A DNA stretch of 64,000 nt, taken from a virus. Lineage: Duplodnaviria; Heunggongvirae; Uroviricota; Caudoviricetes. Shown here one piece after another: positions 46,222 through 53,856 of this stretch. The first letter of the stretch is position 1. Each line of letters starts with the position of its first letter. The notes beneath the pieces are model-generated. The model worked only from the letters and a program-made list of their open reading frames with translations. It was not told where the DNA came from and did not search any database. A program made the position numbers and the translations under genes. The stretch lies in IMG/VR virus record IMGVR_UViG_3300003691_000003, positions 14,097-78,096 of that record, one strand, 5' to 3'.

Positions 46222-46493
46222 CAAAATTAGTAGACAGTCATCGTGTACTTCACTTAACAAATGGAGTAGAACGTATATGTAGGTATTGTGGCAGAGAGGA
46301 TACGAGGGATTATGGACACGCATTCGTAGAGCGCAGGTCTACCTACCAAGATTTCGTGGGCAGGGCTTCAAAGCTTTTCGCAACTAAACCAACATTTTAT
46401 AAATCATGTAAGACGGTGACTCCGTCTGATAGATTATTCGTAAACGGAGAAAGATCATATGGCAACGGAAATAGAGAGAAAGTTCTTAGTTAA
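46218..46493 (+). CDS. HLV-CxxC family member 14
   Basis: GTG start. VLHLT..CRYCG...C..SDRLF. Confidence 0.5.
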   Translation: MTKLVDSHRVLHLTNGVERICRYCGREDTRDYGHAFVERRSTYQDFVGRASKLFATKPTFYKSCKTVTPSDRLFVNGERSYGNGNREKVLS

Positions 46494-46959
46494 AAATAAT
46501 AGTTTTTTACTTAAAGCGGCAATGGCACCTATCAAGATATATCAAGGTTACCTATCAACAGACCCGACTAAGACTATTCGTATTCGCATAACTGAGTGGC
46601 CAGGCAAAGAACCTTTTGCCGAGCTAACTATCAAAGGTATTGGCAACGATAGTGGGACTTCTAGAAAAGAATGGGAAGTACTTATACCTATAGAAGATGC
46701 TCTAGAGATGATTAACTTATGTGATAATGAAATCATAAAGAAGAAAAGGTATTTACTTAGAGAGAAGCGTAGCATGTTCGAGGTAGATGTCTTTGAAGGT
46801 TCATTGGCAGGTTTGGTTATAGCTGAGATAGAACTGGATAGTGAAGATCAGGAAATTGAAAGACCATCTTGGCTAGGTAAAGAAGTTACTGGTCAGATAA
46901 AGTACTACAATTCATTCTTAGCTGAACATCCAACCACCGATCACGGGAGAACATCATGA
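46459..46959 (+). CDS. CYTH-domain protein (triphosphate tunnel metalloenzyme: class IV adenylate cyclase / triphosphatase-like)
   Basis: Begins MATEIERKFLV, the ExExK signature that opens CYTH/CyaB/ThTPase domains. Length 166 aa, with alternating beta-strand-like charged/hydrophobic pattern and an acidic patch EIELDSEDQEIE. Confidence 0.6.
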   Translation: MATEIERKFLVKNNSFLLKAAMAPIKIYQGYLSTDPTKTIRIRITEWPGKEPFAELTIKGIGNDSGTSRKEWEVLIPIEDALEMINLCDNEIIKKKRYLLREKRSMFEVDVFEGSLAGLVIAEIELDSEDQEIERPSWLGKEVTGQIKYYNSFLAEHPTTDHGRTS

Positions 46960-47234
46960 GAGAGAAGATGCAGGTTTACATTCCTCATATTACTCAGAAG
47001 CAATTCGATAGTGAGGATGCAGCTCTTACTCCTAGAGAGGGTAAGTTTTTCATATCTCGTCAACGTTCTATTCAGACGCTCGAAAGAGCTCTAAAGAAAC
47101 ATCCTAAGGAGACTGGGTACATAAAGATATTCGAACTTAGTCTTAAGAAGATAGTAACCATGGATGACATCAATGAAGAGATAAGAGAGGCAAAATGCAA
47201 GACATCACTGAAGAAAAAAAGACTACTCTGGTAA
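46956..47234 (+). CDS. hypothetical protein
   Basis: 92-aa ORF with ATGA overlap. Confidence 0.45.
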   Translation: MREKMQVYIPHITQKQFDSEDAALTPREGKFFISRQRSIQTLERALKKHPKETGYIKIFELSLKKIVTMDDINEEIREAKCKTSLKKKRLLW

Positions 47235-47638
47235 TGATACGTGGACTTCCTGGATCAGGTAAAAGTACTATGGCCCGGAAGCTTGTCGATGAACAGGGCT
47301 ATTGCCATTTCGAGAATGACATGTACCATATCAACGATGGTGTCTACGATTTTGACGTTAATAAGGTCGTAGAAGCTGGGCTGTGGTGTAGAGGAAAGGT
47401 GGAAGAAGAATTAGCCAAAGGTAATAACGTAGTGGTCAGTAATACTTTCATAGAATTCATACACATGTCTTTCTACATCAACCTAATCAGTGATAATGGA
47501 TATAAGCTAGAGATCTTGGAAGCCACCGGCAACTATGGTAGTGTCTACGACGTTCCTGTCCATGTCTTGGCTAGCATGAAGAAGCGTTGGCAAGAGCTGT
47601 CTGACATGAGATCCACTGTAATACACACGGGGTTTTAA
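47195..47638 (+). CDS. P-loop polynucleotide 5'-kinase-like protein (kinase domain only)
   Basis: Walker A MIRGLPGSGKSTMA. The C-terminal VPVHVLASMKKRWQEL resembles the T4 Pnk kinase-domain end VPIDVLRSMYKSMREYL. Its 147-aa length equals the T4 Pnk kinase domain. Confidence 0.55.
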   Translation: MQDITEEKKTTLVMIRGLPGSGKSTMARKLVDEQGYCHFENDMYHINDGVYDFDVNKVVEAGLWCRGKVEEELAKGNNVVVSNTFIEFIHMSFYINLISDNGYKLEILEATGNYGSVYDVPVHVLASMKKRWQELSDMRSTVIHTGF

Positions 47639-47815
47639 ATGAGAGCCAGACGAAGTTCCGACCAAAAGTTGGAAAGACTCAAGAAGCGAAATAATCCTCG
47701 CAATATGCCAGTAGGCCCATTCACCGGTAGATGTAGTTACTGTGAAAGCGATGACCTCTGGGATGATGAAACAATGTATGGCTGCAAGTGTTGTGGCAAA
47801 ATGTACCGTAATTAA
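47639..47815 (+). CDS. small zinc-ribbon ORF
   Basis: 58-aa ORF, not in the track, with CSYC...CKCCG. Confidence 0.35.
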   Translation: MRARRSSDQKLERLKKRNNPRNMPVGPFTGRCSYCESDDLWDDETMYGCKCCGKMYRN

Positions 47816-47828
47816 TAGGAGATAAAAA

Positions 47829-48227
47829 ATGGAAGAACAATATAATACGATCTTAATCATAAACGACGTACACGTATCAGATGTACTTACCTCCGTGGTA
47901 TGGTCAAAAGTTAAAAAGATCCAGGTAAGAGTACGTAGTTTTCTTTCATCCGGGGTCGACGAGGGACGAGAGCCTTGTGCGGAAAGCGACGGAGTTAATG
48001 TGTTAGAAGTTGCCGTGCACACGACGGACGGGAGTAGGCCAGTGCTGTCTCGTACTGAATTCGTTCTTACTAAAGACTTTGACGTTGGGGTAGGAATAGA
48101 AGAAGAGGCTACCAGGGTTTTGTTAGATAAAGTGTATACGAAGTTTACCAGAAAACCGAATGTTATAAATGTCAGAGAGACAATGGTAGACTTCTTAGAT
48201 AAGCGCTCATCTCCATCAAATAAATAG
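47829..48227 (+). CDS. hypothetical protein
   Basis: 132-aa ORF with a GGAGAT RBS. Confidence 0.5.
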   Translation: MEEQYNTILIINDVHVSDVLTSVVWSKVKKIQVRVRSFLSSGVDEGREPCAESDGVNVLEVAVHTTDGSRPVLSRTEFVLTKDFDVGVGIEEEATRVLLDKVYTKFTRKPNVINVRETMVDFLDKRSSPSNK

Positions 48228-48236
48228 TACCCCTAG

Positions 48237-48261
48237 TGGTATAAGTATTATGTAGAAACAT
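48237..48261 (+). promoter_or_regulatory. extended -10 promoter copy 14
   Basis: TGGTATAAGTATTATGTAGAAACAT. Confidence 0.55.
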
Positions 48262-48285
48262 TTAACTAATTAGGAGTGACTTACT

Positions 48286-48468
48286 ATGAACTGCCAGTTT
48301 AAAAATGGGAAATACATCTTCGAGAAGAACGGAGTTTATTTCTCTGCTACAAAGGAGCAGGTGGGTGAGCTAAGTGACATATGTAATCAAATACTAGAAG
48401 AGGAGGGTAATAGTGATAGGACGAAACAAAGTACCAGAGGAGAACATCTTCTCTCTAAATCAGGGTAA
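48286..48468 (+). CDS. hypothetical protein
   Basis: Promoter copy 14, AGGAGT RBS, 60-aa ORF. Confidence 0.4.
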   Translation: MNCQFKNGKYIFEKNGVYFSATKEQVGELSDICNQILEEEGNSDRTKQSTRGEHLLSKSG

Positions 48469-48661
48469 GTATGATTCCATGGCTCTGCAACTTGACTACC
48501 TTAAGGAGGAGCTTTCTGAGATTCAAAACGAACTCAACTTCTCTAAGGAAATCCTGAACAACGCCGGAATGACTTATAGTTCTTCTATGATCAGAGATAG
48601 CGAACAGACTATGCTTTCACTCGAACGTATTATACGAAAGTTAATCCCGGAGTACGGTTGA
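48413..48661 (+). CDS. hypothetical protein (GTG start)
   Basis: GGAGG RBS before a GTG at 48413. Overlaps the upstream ORF. Confidence 0.35.
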   Translation: MIGRNKVPEENIFSLNQGKYDSMALQLDYLKEELSEIQNELNFSKEILNNAGMTYSSSMIRDSEQTMLSLERIIRKLIPEYG

Positions 48662-48662
48662 T

Positions 48663-48911
48663 ATGCATATTGGAGATTGGAAGCCCTACGCAATATGTCC
48701 TGGATGCTCAAGTCGACATGAGCCATCTTTTGGCAAGGTATTTTTCTTGGATATAGAGGTGTGCCCTGACTGTGGCATAGACAAAGAAGAGTTTGAAGTA
48801 TCTATTCAGAGATATGTCAATGAAAGTGTCTGGTGGAAACCATCTACTTGGGGTAAGCACCACTACCAAAGACTTATACATGTAGACAAGCTCAAAATAA
48901 ACGTCCCGTAG
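48663..48911 (+). CDS. zinc-ribbon protein
   Basis: CPGC...CPDCG. Confidence 0.45.
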   Translation: MHIGDWKPYAICPGCSSRHEPSFGKVFFLDIEVCPDCGIDKEEFEVSIQRYVNESVWWKPSTWGKHHYQRLIHVDKLKINVP

Positions 48912-49108
48912 TCAGCGGGTAATTGGTTGGTTACCAATGAAGAAGTGGGTTGACATCCATATCAAAACTACAGTGGAAAGTATATTCCACCATGACGGGG
49001 CATGAAAGGTATGAAAGCGTGGAGGTGGACTTAGGTCCAGACTAAAACTAGTCTAACCGTTGAAGCGCCCATACCACCCCTCTAATTCGCATAATATAAG
49101 GAACGAAC

Positions 49109-49609
49109 ATGTCAGAGAATATAGAAATTCACGGTAAGCTTATGGAATTTTTAACTAAGGATGACGTTATACGTGATACCGATTTAGTTAGAAGTACAGT
49201 CCAGGATCATTCAGACCATGGAGGCTGGGATACAACTTTCAAAGGCGAAAACTGGTTGGGTACACATTGGCACGCTGCTAGTGAAGAGCTATCTGCTTGG
49301 GTAGGTAGAACATTCCAAGACCTATTGACGTTTAGAGACGAAGGCTATAACGATATGTGCCCTGCAGAAATGGACTACGAAATAGTCCGTGAAGTAACTG
49401 GGCATATCGTAGAATGTGTCGATCATGATCACTGGAAGGTCGAGGGTATCGATGTACGCTATAACAATAGCTCTGGCAATCAGGGTTGGTACGTAGATGA
49501 TGACCCAGATGCTGTGTTCCCTAATACTTTGGATGACTTTCGCATGGCTATAAAAGATGCTATGTATCTATCTAACATGAAGAGGAACGGCAAACATGAC
49601 AGCTTCTAA
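49109..49609 (+). CDS. hypothetical protein
   Basis: 166-aa ORF with an AAGGAA RBS. Confidence 0.5.
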   Translation: MSENIEIHGKLMEFLTKDDVIRDTDLVRSTVQDHSDHGGWDTTFKGENWLGTHWHAASEELSAWVGRTFQDLLTFRDEGYNDMCPAEMDYEIVREVTGHIVECVDHDHWKVEGIDVRYNNSSGNQGWYVDDDPDAVFPNTLDDFRMAIKDAMYLSNMKRNGKHDSF

Positions 49610-49931
49610 TCCAGTATTCACTAAAGCAGTTAAGGTTATAGGTGGCCTACACGCAACTTTCGTATTTGAAAATCAGAAAGACGTAGACCAATGGCTTACT
49701 ACTCGTAACAAAGATGGGTATGCTAGGCTTGACGACGTATATGGAAACTTATCATTCACTCAACGTAATTTAGATGGTTTAAAGATCGGAGATAAATGCT
49801 ACGCTGTAGGCGAAGGCGATGAAGTGTTTGAGATAATAAACATGGTTAAGTACTCACGACATAGATATGGTTTTGGCCTAGCTGGTCATGGCATGGAAGA
49901 TGTAGGGAAGTGCTATAAATCATTAACTTAA
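49596..49931 (+). CDS. hypothetical protein
   Basis: 111-aa ORF. Confidence 0.45.
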   Translation: MTASNPVFTKAVKVIGGLHATFVFENQKDVDQWLTTRNKDGYARLDDVYGNLSFTQRNLDGLKIGDKCYAVGEGDEVFEIINMVKYSRHRYGFGLAGHGMEDVGKCYKSLT

Positions 49932-49949
49932 ATAATCTAGGAGATTATC

Positions 49950-50432
49950 ATGGAACAAGAGCAACTCGAAAAAATCAAAGAGCGCTTAATTGTAGCCTTA
50001 GATGAAAGTAAAAGATATATGGAAATGGACGTAGAGTATTTCGAAGCTAATGTTCTAGGCTCCGAGGATGCAAAGCTTAAGTACGCAATGTCACAGGCTG
50101 AGTTCGTTGTTATAGCTACGGAATATAAACCAAGCTTCTTCCAAGAAGTGCAACCTCTATTCAGCGATATGCTTAAAGGCATGGATGCTATGTTCGATAC
50201 TGACGATGAGGTAATCATAGAGGAAGCCGCTAGGTTATCCACTGAAGGATTACGCCTACTATACCCACTCCAATTAAAACTATTTAAAGAAATACTAGGT
50301 GAGGAGTATGATCTGTCTTGGCTAGAGGACATAGATGCTATCATTGATAGGTACACGCCCGTTATTAAACGTAATCTTAGAATGGAATTAAAAAAGGAGA
50401 GTAATAGTGAAGACGATGCAACAATTGATTGA
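49950..50432 (+). CDS. hypothetical acidic protein
   Basis: 160-aa ORF with an AGGAGA RBS. Confidence 0.5.
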   Translation: MEQEQLEKIKERLIVALDESKRYMEMDVEYFEANVLGSEDAKLKYAMSQAEFVVIATEYKPSFFQEVQPLFSDMLKGMDAMFDTDDEVIIEEAARLSTEGLRLLYPLQLKLFKEILGEEYDLSWLEDIDAIIDRYTPVIKRNLRMELKKESNSEDDATID

Positions 50433-50841
50433 TAAACCAATCGAGGGTAACTGCTTTGATGGCAGAGACCTAAACAGACTGATAGGCTTTATGACCACAG
50501 AGCAAGTAAAGGCTTCTGGCATAGATCTCAAATATGACTACGTTCATACGCAGTCTAAAGAGTTCACCGAAGAAGCAGTTCTAGAGCAACTTAAGAAAGA
50601 CGTGGAGTTTGGCTTTGAAAAGGCTTTGAACAAGCGTGGCTTATCCGCAGGATTAATGGTGGACGTGGTTACCATGTGGAACCGTATCTTAGAAAATGGA
50701 CTGGAAGGTCTCAGTGATACTAGCTACGCTCAATATGGATTACCTGTGTTCAAGGCTACTGCTGTGAAGTATGGTTTCGATAATCCAATCGGAAAAGACG
50801 TAGGTGATGAGTACAAGTACTCGGCTGATTTTGGGTATTGA
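50407..50841 (+). CDS. hypothetical protein
   Basis: 144-aa ORF. Confidence 0.45.
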   Translation: MKTMQQLIDKPIEGNCFDGRDLNRLIGFMTTEQVKASGIDLKYDYVHTQSKEFTEEAVLEQLKKDVEFGFEKALNKRGLSAGLMVDVVTMWNRILENGLEGLSDTSYAQYGLPVFKATAVKYGFDNPIGKDVGDEYKYSADFGY

Positions 50842-50844
50842 TGA

Positions 50845-51024
50845 ATGAGAGCTAGAAGAGAACTAACCGTAGAGGGTGTAACTAAGTCTTTGATAGAATG
50901 GTCTGAGTTAAGTGGAATACGTAACCGGACCATAGCGTTTAGAATAGATAGTGGCTGGGAACCTAAGCGTGCTATAACAGAACGTGCGGTCCAAGGTAAC
51001 AACCAACGCTTAAGAACTGCGTAA
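50845..51024 (+). CDS. small helix-turn-helix DNA-binding protein
   Basis: 59-aa ORF, not in the track. VEGVTKSLIEWSELSGIRNRTIAFRIDSGWEPKRAI fits the G.T.SL.EWS...GI...TI..R...GW HTH pattern. A terminator follows. Confidence 0.4.
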   Translation: MRARRELTVEGVTKSLIEWSELSGIRNRTIAFRIDSGWEPKRAITERAVQGNNQRLRTA

Positions 51025-51047
51025 TGCTACTCTTGGAGTAGAAAGTC

Positions 51048-51072
51048 AGGGGTCTAGTAACCCCTTTCTTTT
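51048..51072. terminator. bidirectional terminator with the conserved CCCCTTTCTTTTAGC flank
   Basis: AGGGGT-ctagta-ACCCCT then TTCTTTT. Lies between the convergent + small HTH gene and the - MNVYLEKIAE gene. Confidence 0.6.
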
Positions 51073-51631
51073 AGCTCTCAGATAACTTCTTTAACTTACG
51101 CCTAGCTTGAGCAGCTTTGCGCTTATCGTATCTCTCTTTCGATGATTTTTTCTTGGAGTTTATATATGAACCCACTAACGCTCCTGTCGTCACCCCAGCT
51201 CCTAGACCAGTCTTAAGTGCAGCTTTAGCAGCGTAATTACCCAGCTTTCCTCTTACTACTTTAGCTCGTCTATCTCGGTAAGTTTGAAAGGACTTAATAG
51301 TGGCGTCATGTGGTGAAAGCCCATGTTTACGACTAAGGCGTTCTGCTCGTACCATAACGTCCCTAGGGATAGTACCCTGATTAGTCTTTACCATCTTCTT
51401 AGACTTCATAGCTGCGCTACTTGCAGCTTCATTGGTAAACATTTCTTCACTATATCTCTTAAAACCGACTGTCCCACCTACGTAACCACCGACGAGTGCA
51501 CCAGTCCTTACAGGATGCATCTTTTCATGATCCGGTGTTTTCATTCTCTTGTCAATGTAGCTACTGTATCTACTCCGCAAGCTTTTCTTTTTACCCTTAG
51601 CTTCTGCGATTTTTTCTAAGTATACGTTCAT
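51071..51631 (-). CDS. MNIYLEKIAE-family basic glycine-zipper protein
   Basis: Starts MNVYLEKIAEAKGKKKSLRS. Contains GALVGGYVGGTVG and GLGAGVTTGALVGSY. Confidence 0.55.
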   Translation of the reverse strand: MNVYLEKIAEAKGKKKSLRSRYSSYIDKRMKTPDHEKMHPVRTGALVGGYVGGTVGFKRYSEEMFTNEAASSAAMKSKKMVKTNQGTIPRDVMVRAERLSRKHGLSPHDATIKSFQTYRDRRAKVVRGKLGNYAAKAALKTGLGAGVTTGALVGSYINSKKKSSKERYDKRKAAQARRKLKKLSES

Positions 51632-51633
51632 TC

Positions 51634-52530
51634 TTAGTTACCTTTCTTCTGATGTTTAGTGTATACCTTATCGGCTATTTTCTTAGTTACGTGCAAAGCT
51701 CCGCCTTTGGCTGCTGCAGAAGTGACGTACGTACCCATTGCCGCTGCTAATCCTGGAACAGCTTTGAGCATTTTCTTCTTACCTAAATGTTTTTTCATCT
51801 TGCGTAAGGCATGAGTATTTGCATAACCCTCGTCTGCCAATGTAGGTAACTGAGATGCTAGAGCCACTGCTTGAGACCTATCCCTAGTTTTTTGATTCTT
51901 ACTATATATGCCAAGGGCTGCTACGCCACCTACGTTAGAGGACATGCCCCTAGCACGAGTCATAGCCTTCCCTATATATTTTTTGTTATGTAGTTTAGCG
52001 TGACCCTGTTCATGTAGTAGGGCGCCAATGTCCCCATTCCCCCCTCCAGATATAACACCTTTGCGGGATATGCCCTTAGTTTTGGGGATGTACATCGGAC
52101 TATGTCCTACTGTCACATTAAGAGCACCGGCATTGATTTGCCTAAGACGGCTTACTGCCTTTCTGTAATTCTTACCCAACGTAGCATTAGCAAAAGGTAG
52201 TCTAGTCCTACTCTTGACAGGGGTGATTATCTTATCTGCTCTTCTACTACCTGCTTCAGAGTTACCTGATATCGACGTAACCTTACCCACTAACTTGTCT
52301 TCTTTCATGGATTTCTTGTACGCAGACAATTCTTTTTTAGAATACTTGTTGCTACCCCTATCCATCTCTTTATTCATCTTGTTGTGTAAGGCTTTGTTGG
52401 CAACCCCGGCTGCGCCACCTATTATGGTTGATGGGACAAACGCCTTAACGAAGGTCTCGCCTATATGATACTTTCGCTTATCTTTCTTCTTACTCTTAGC
52501 TTCTGCGATTTTTTCCAAGTATATGTTCAT
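51634..52530 (-). CDS. MNIYLEKIAE-family basic glycine-zipper protein (largest member)
   Basis: Starts MNIYLEKIAEAKSKKKDKRKY. Contains IIGGAAGVANKA, GGGNGDIGALLHEQGHAKLH and LAAAMGTYVTSAAAKGG. Confidence 0.55.
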   Translation of the reverse strand: MNIYLEKIAEAKSKKKDKRKYHIGETFVKAFVPSTIIGGAAGVANKALHNKMNKEMDRGSNKYSKKELSAYKKSMKEDKLVGKVTSISGNSEAGSRRADKIITPVKSRTRLPFANATLGKNYRKAVSRLRQINAGALNVTVGHSPMYIPKTKGISRKGVISGGGNGDIGALLHEQGHAKLHNKKYIGKAMTRARGMSSNVGGVAALGIYSKNQKTRDRSQAVALASQLPTLADEGYANTHALRKMKKHLGKKKMLKAVPGLAAAMGTYVTSAAAKGGALHVTKKIADKVYTKHQKKGN

Positions 52531-52532
52531 TG

Positions 52533-52922
52533 TTACTTATCCTTACGGGCCTTCAGGGCTTTATATGATTCGTAGGCTGTCCCGGCTGCTGCTGCTCCAA
52601 GGGCTGCTCCCTTAAGGACTCTACCTTTGGATTGTTTGAGTCTATTCTCTAATGCCTCTCCATACTTAACTTTTTTTTTCAATTTCTTGAAATGGTCGTT
52701 GGGGCTTTTGCGGTTAAAAACGTTCCAAGTCTTATCGTTGTACTCTCGATGCTTTGTATGCAGGATATCTGCCTTACGTACAGACTTGGCAGTTTTCTTA
52801 TCATAGGTCATAGCTACGCCTGTTGCCGCTCCACCTGCGGTAGCAACTGCTGCCGTTTCTGTAGCTCGTCTAGCCTTACTCTTAGCTTCTGCGATTTTTT
52901 CTAAGTATACATTTGTAGTCAT
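52533..52922 (-). CDS. MNIYLEKIAE-family basic protein
   Basis: MTTNVYLEKIAEAKSKARR. An upstream in-frame ATG at 52958 exists, but family conservation favours the start at 52922. Contains VATAGGAATGVAMT and GAALGAAAAGTAYESY. Confidence 0.5.
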   Translation of the reverse strand: MTTNVYLEKIAEAKSKARRATETAAVATAGGAATGVAMTYDKKTAKSVRKADILHTKHREYNDKTWNVFNRKSPNDHFKKLKKKVKYGEALENRLKQSKGRVLKGAALGAAAAGTAYESYKALKARKDK

Positions 52923-53005
52923 TTGGTAAGTCTCGTTAGGGTTATTAGTCGTATTCAATGAAAGTATTTTAGCACGAGAATTCCCTCAATAACAACTGGC
53001 GGACT

Positions 53006-53030
53006 TGGTATAAGTATTATGTAGAGAAAC
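53006..53030 (+). promoter_or_regulatory. extended -10 promoter copy 15 (the consensus itself)
   Basis: TGGTATAAGTATTATGTAGAGAAAC. Confidence 0.55.
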
Positions 53031-53055
53031 TTAACCAGTCTGAGGAGACAATATT

Positions 53056-53292
53056 ATGGATACACCACACGTTACCCCTGTTCTTGACGGAGAAAAAATT
53101 ATACGTCAAACACGGAACGGCAATTATATGGTATGTATAGTAGGATACGAAGACGTAGATGACCCCTACCTTAAGCCATTCGTATCGGTTCATCATGTGA
53201 GTGAAAACCCACGTGATAGAATGACATTTAAAAATATCAAGGACGCTAACGCATTTGCAGATGTCCAGAATAAAATAGATATAACTTTCTGA
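53056..53292 (+). CDS. hypothetical protein
   Basis: Promoter copy 15, GAGGAG RBS, 78-aa ORF. Confidence 0.45.
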   Translation: MDTPHVTPVLDGEKIIRQTRNGNYMVCIVGYEDVDDPYLKPFVSVHHVSENPRDRMTFKNIKDANAFADVQNKIDITF

Positions 53293-53302
53293 GGAGACAA
53301 CT

Positions 53303-53569
53303 ATGAGTAACGACAAGCTACTAACCAATGTACAGATTACGAACCTAATAGCTGAATGGGAAGGACTCAAGGAAACAGCTTGGGATATGGATACTTTCCT
53401 AAAAGTAGTGAAAGAGCATCTAATTAACACGGGCTATCCCGAGCTAGAGAAACTGCTAGTCAGAGAAGCTAATAAGTACGATGATGTTATAAACGACTTC
53501 GAAGACTACCTGTTCTCAAATATAGTAGAAGGTACAAAAACAAGAGGAGACAACCATGAACAACGATAA
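53303..53569 (+). CDS. hypothetical protein, tandem paralog 1
   Basis: MSNDKLLTNVQ... parallels MNNDKILTKVQ... of the next ORF. Confidence 0.45.
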   Translation: MSNDKLLTNVQITNLIAEWEGLKETAWDMDTFLKVVKEHLINTGYPELEKLLVREANKYDDVINDFEDYLFSNIVEGTKTRGDNHEQR

Positions 53570-53825
53570 AATATTAACCAAGGTACAAGCGGACAACTTT
53601 CGACGTGCGTGGGAAAAACAACAGAGAGCCGTCAGTGGGTTAGAGGATATGCTGGATATACTTATTGAGCAATCTGAGCAAGCGGGGTATCACCGTCTAG
53701 CTGGCTTAGCGATAAGCAGGAAAGAGCACTGCATGACATCCACTGAAGAATTCCACGAATTCCTATATGAAAATATAATGGATTGTGCGTGGGAAAGAGA
53801 CGAAGTTAATAACTCTAGGATATAG
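53556..53825 (+). CDS. hypothetical protein, tandem paralog 2
   Basis: Paralog of 53303..53569. Confidence 0.45.
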   Translation: MNNDKILTKVQADNFRRAWEKQQRAVSGLEDMLDILIEQSEQAGYHRLAGLAISRKEHCMTSTEEFHEFLYENIMDCAWERDEVNNSRI

Positions 53826-53830
53826 AAGGC

Positions 53831-53856
53831 AGGGCTAACAACCCTTTCTTTTAGCT
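53831..53856. terminator. terminator-like hairpin with the CCCTTTCTTTTAGC flank between convergent genes
   Basis: AGGG-ctaacaa-CCCT then TTCTTTTAGC. The stem is short. Confidence 0.35.

Larger units (their letters stand above)
43194..46493 (+). other. tandem array of 14 paralogous ~70-110-aa HLV-CxxC-C-RLF small protein genes
   Basis: Consecutive small ORFs with ATGA/GTGA overlaps. All share (I/V/L)HL(V/L) near the N-terminus, a CxxC pair, a third Cys and a C-terminal R(L/M)F. Several end in NLEGFKL. Promoter copies lie at 43138 and 45223. Confidence 0.7.

Noticed and set aside
43194-46493. Regular ~240-bp periodic repeats that could suggest a CRISPR array or satellite
   Set aside because: The repeat unit is a whole protein-coding gene. 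Each unit has an intact ORF, start/stop overlaps and conserved Cys codons. There are no short direct repeats separated by unique spacers.
51071-52958. Repeated 36-nt DNA element ATGAACATATACCTAGAAAAAATCGCAGAAGCTAAG that could be read as a non-coding repeat
   Set aside because: It is always in frame at the 5' end of an ORF and encodes the conserved MNIYLEKIAEAK leader. It is treated as the coding N-terminus of a paralog family.
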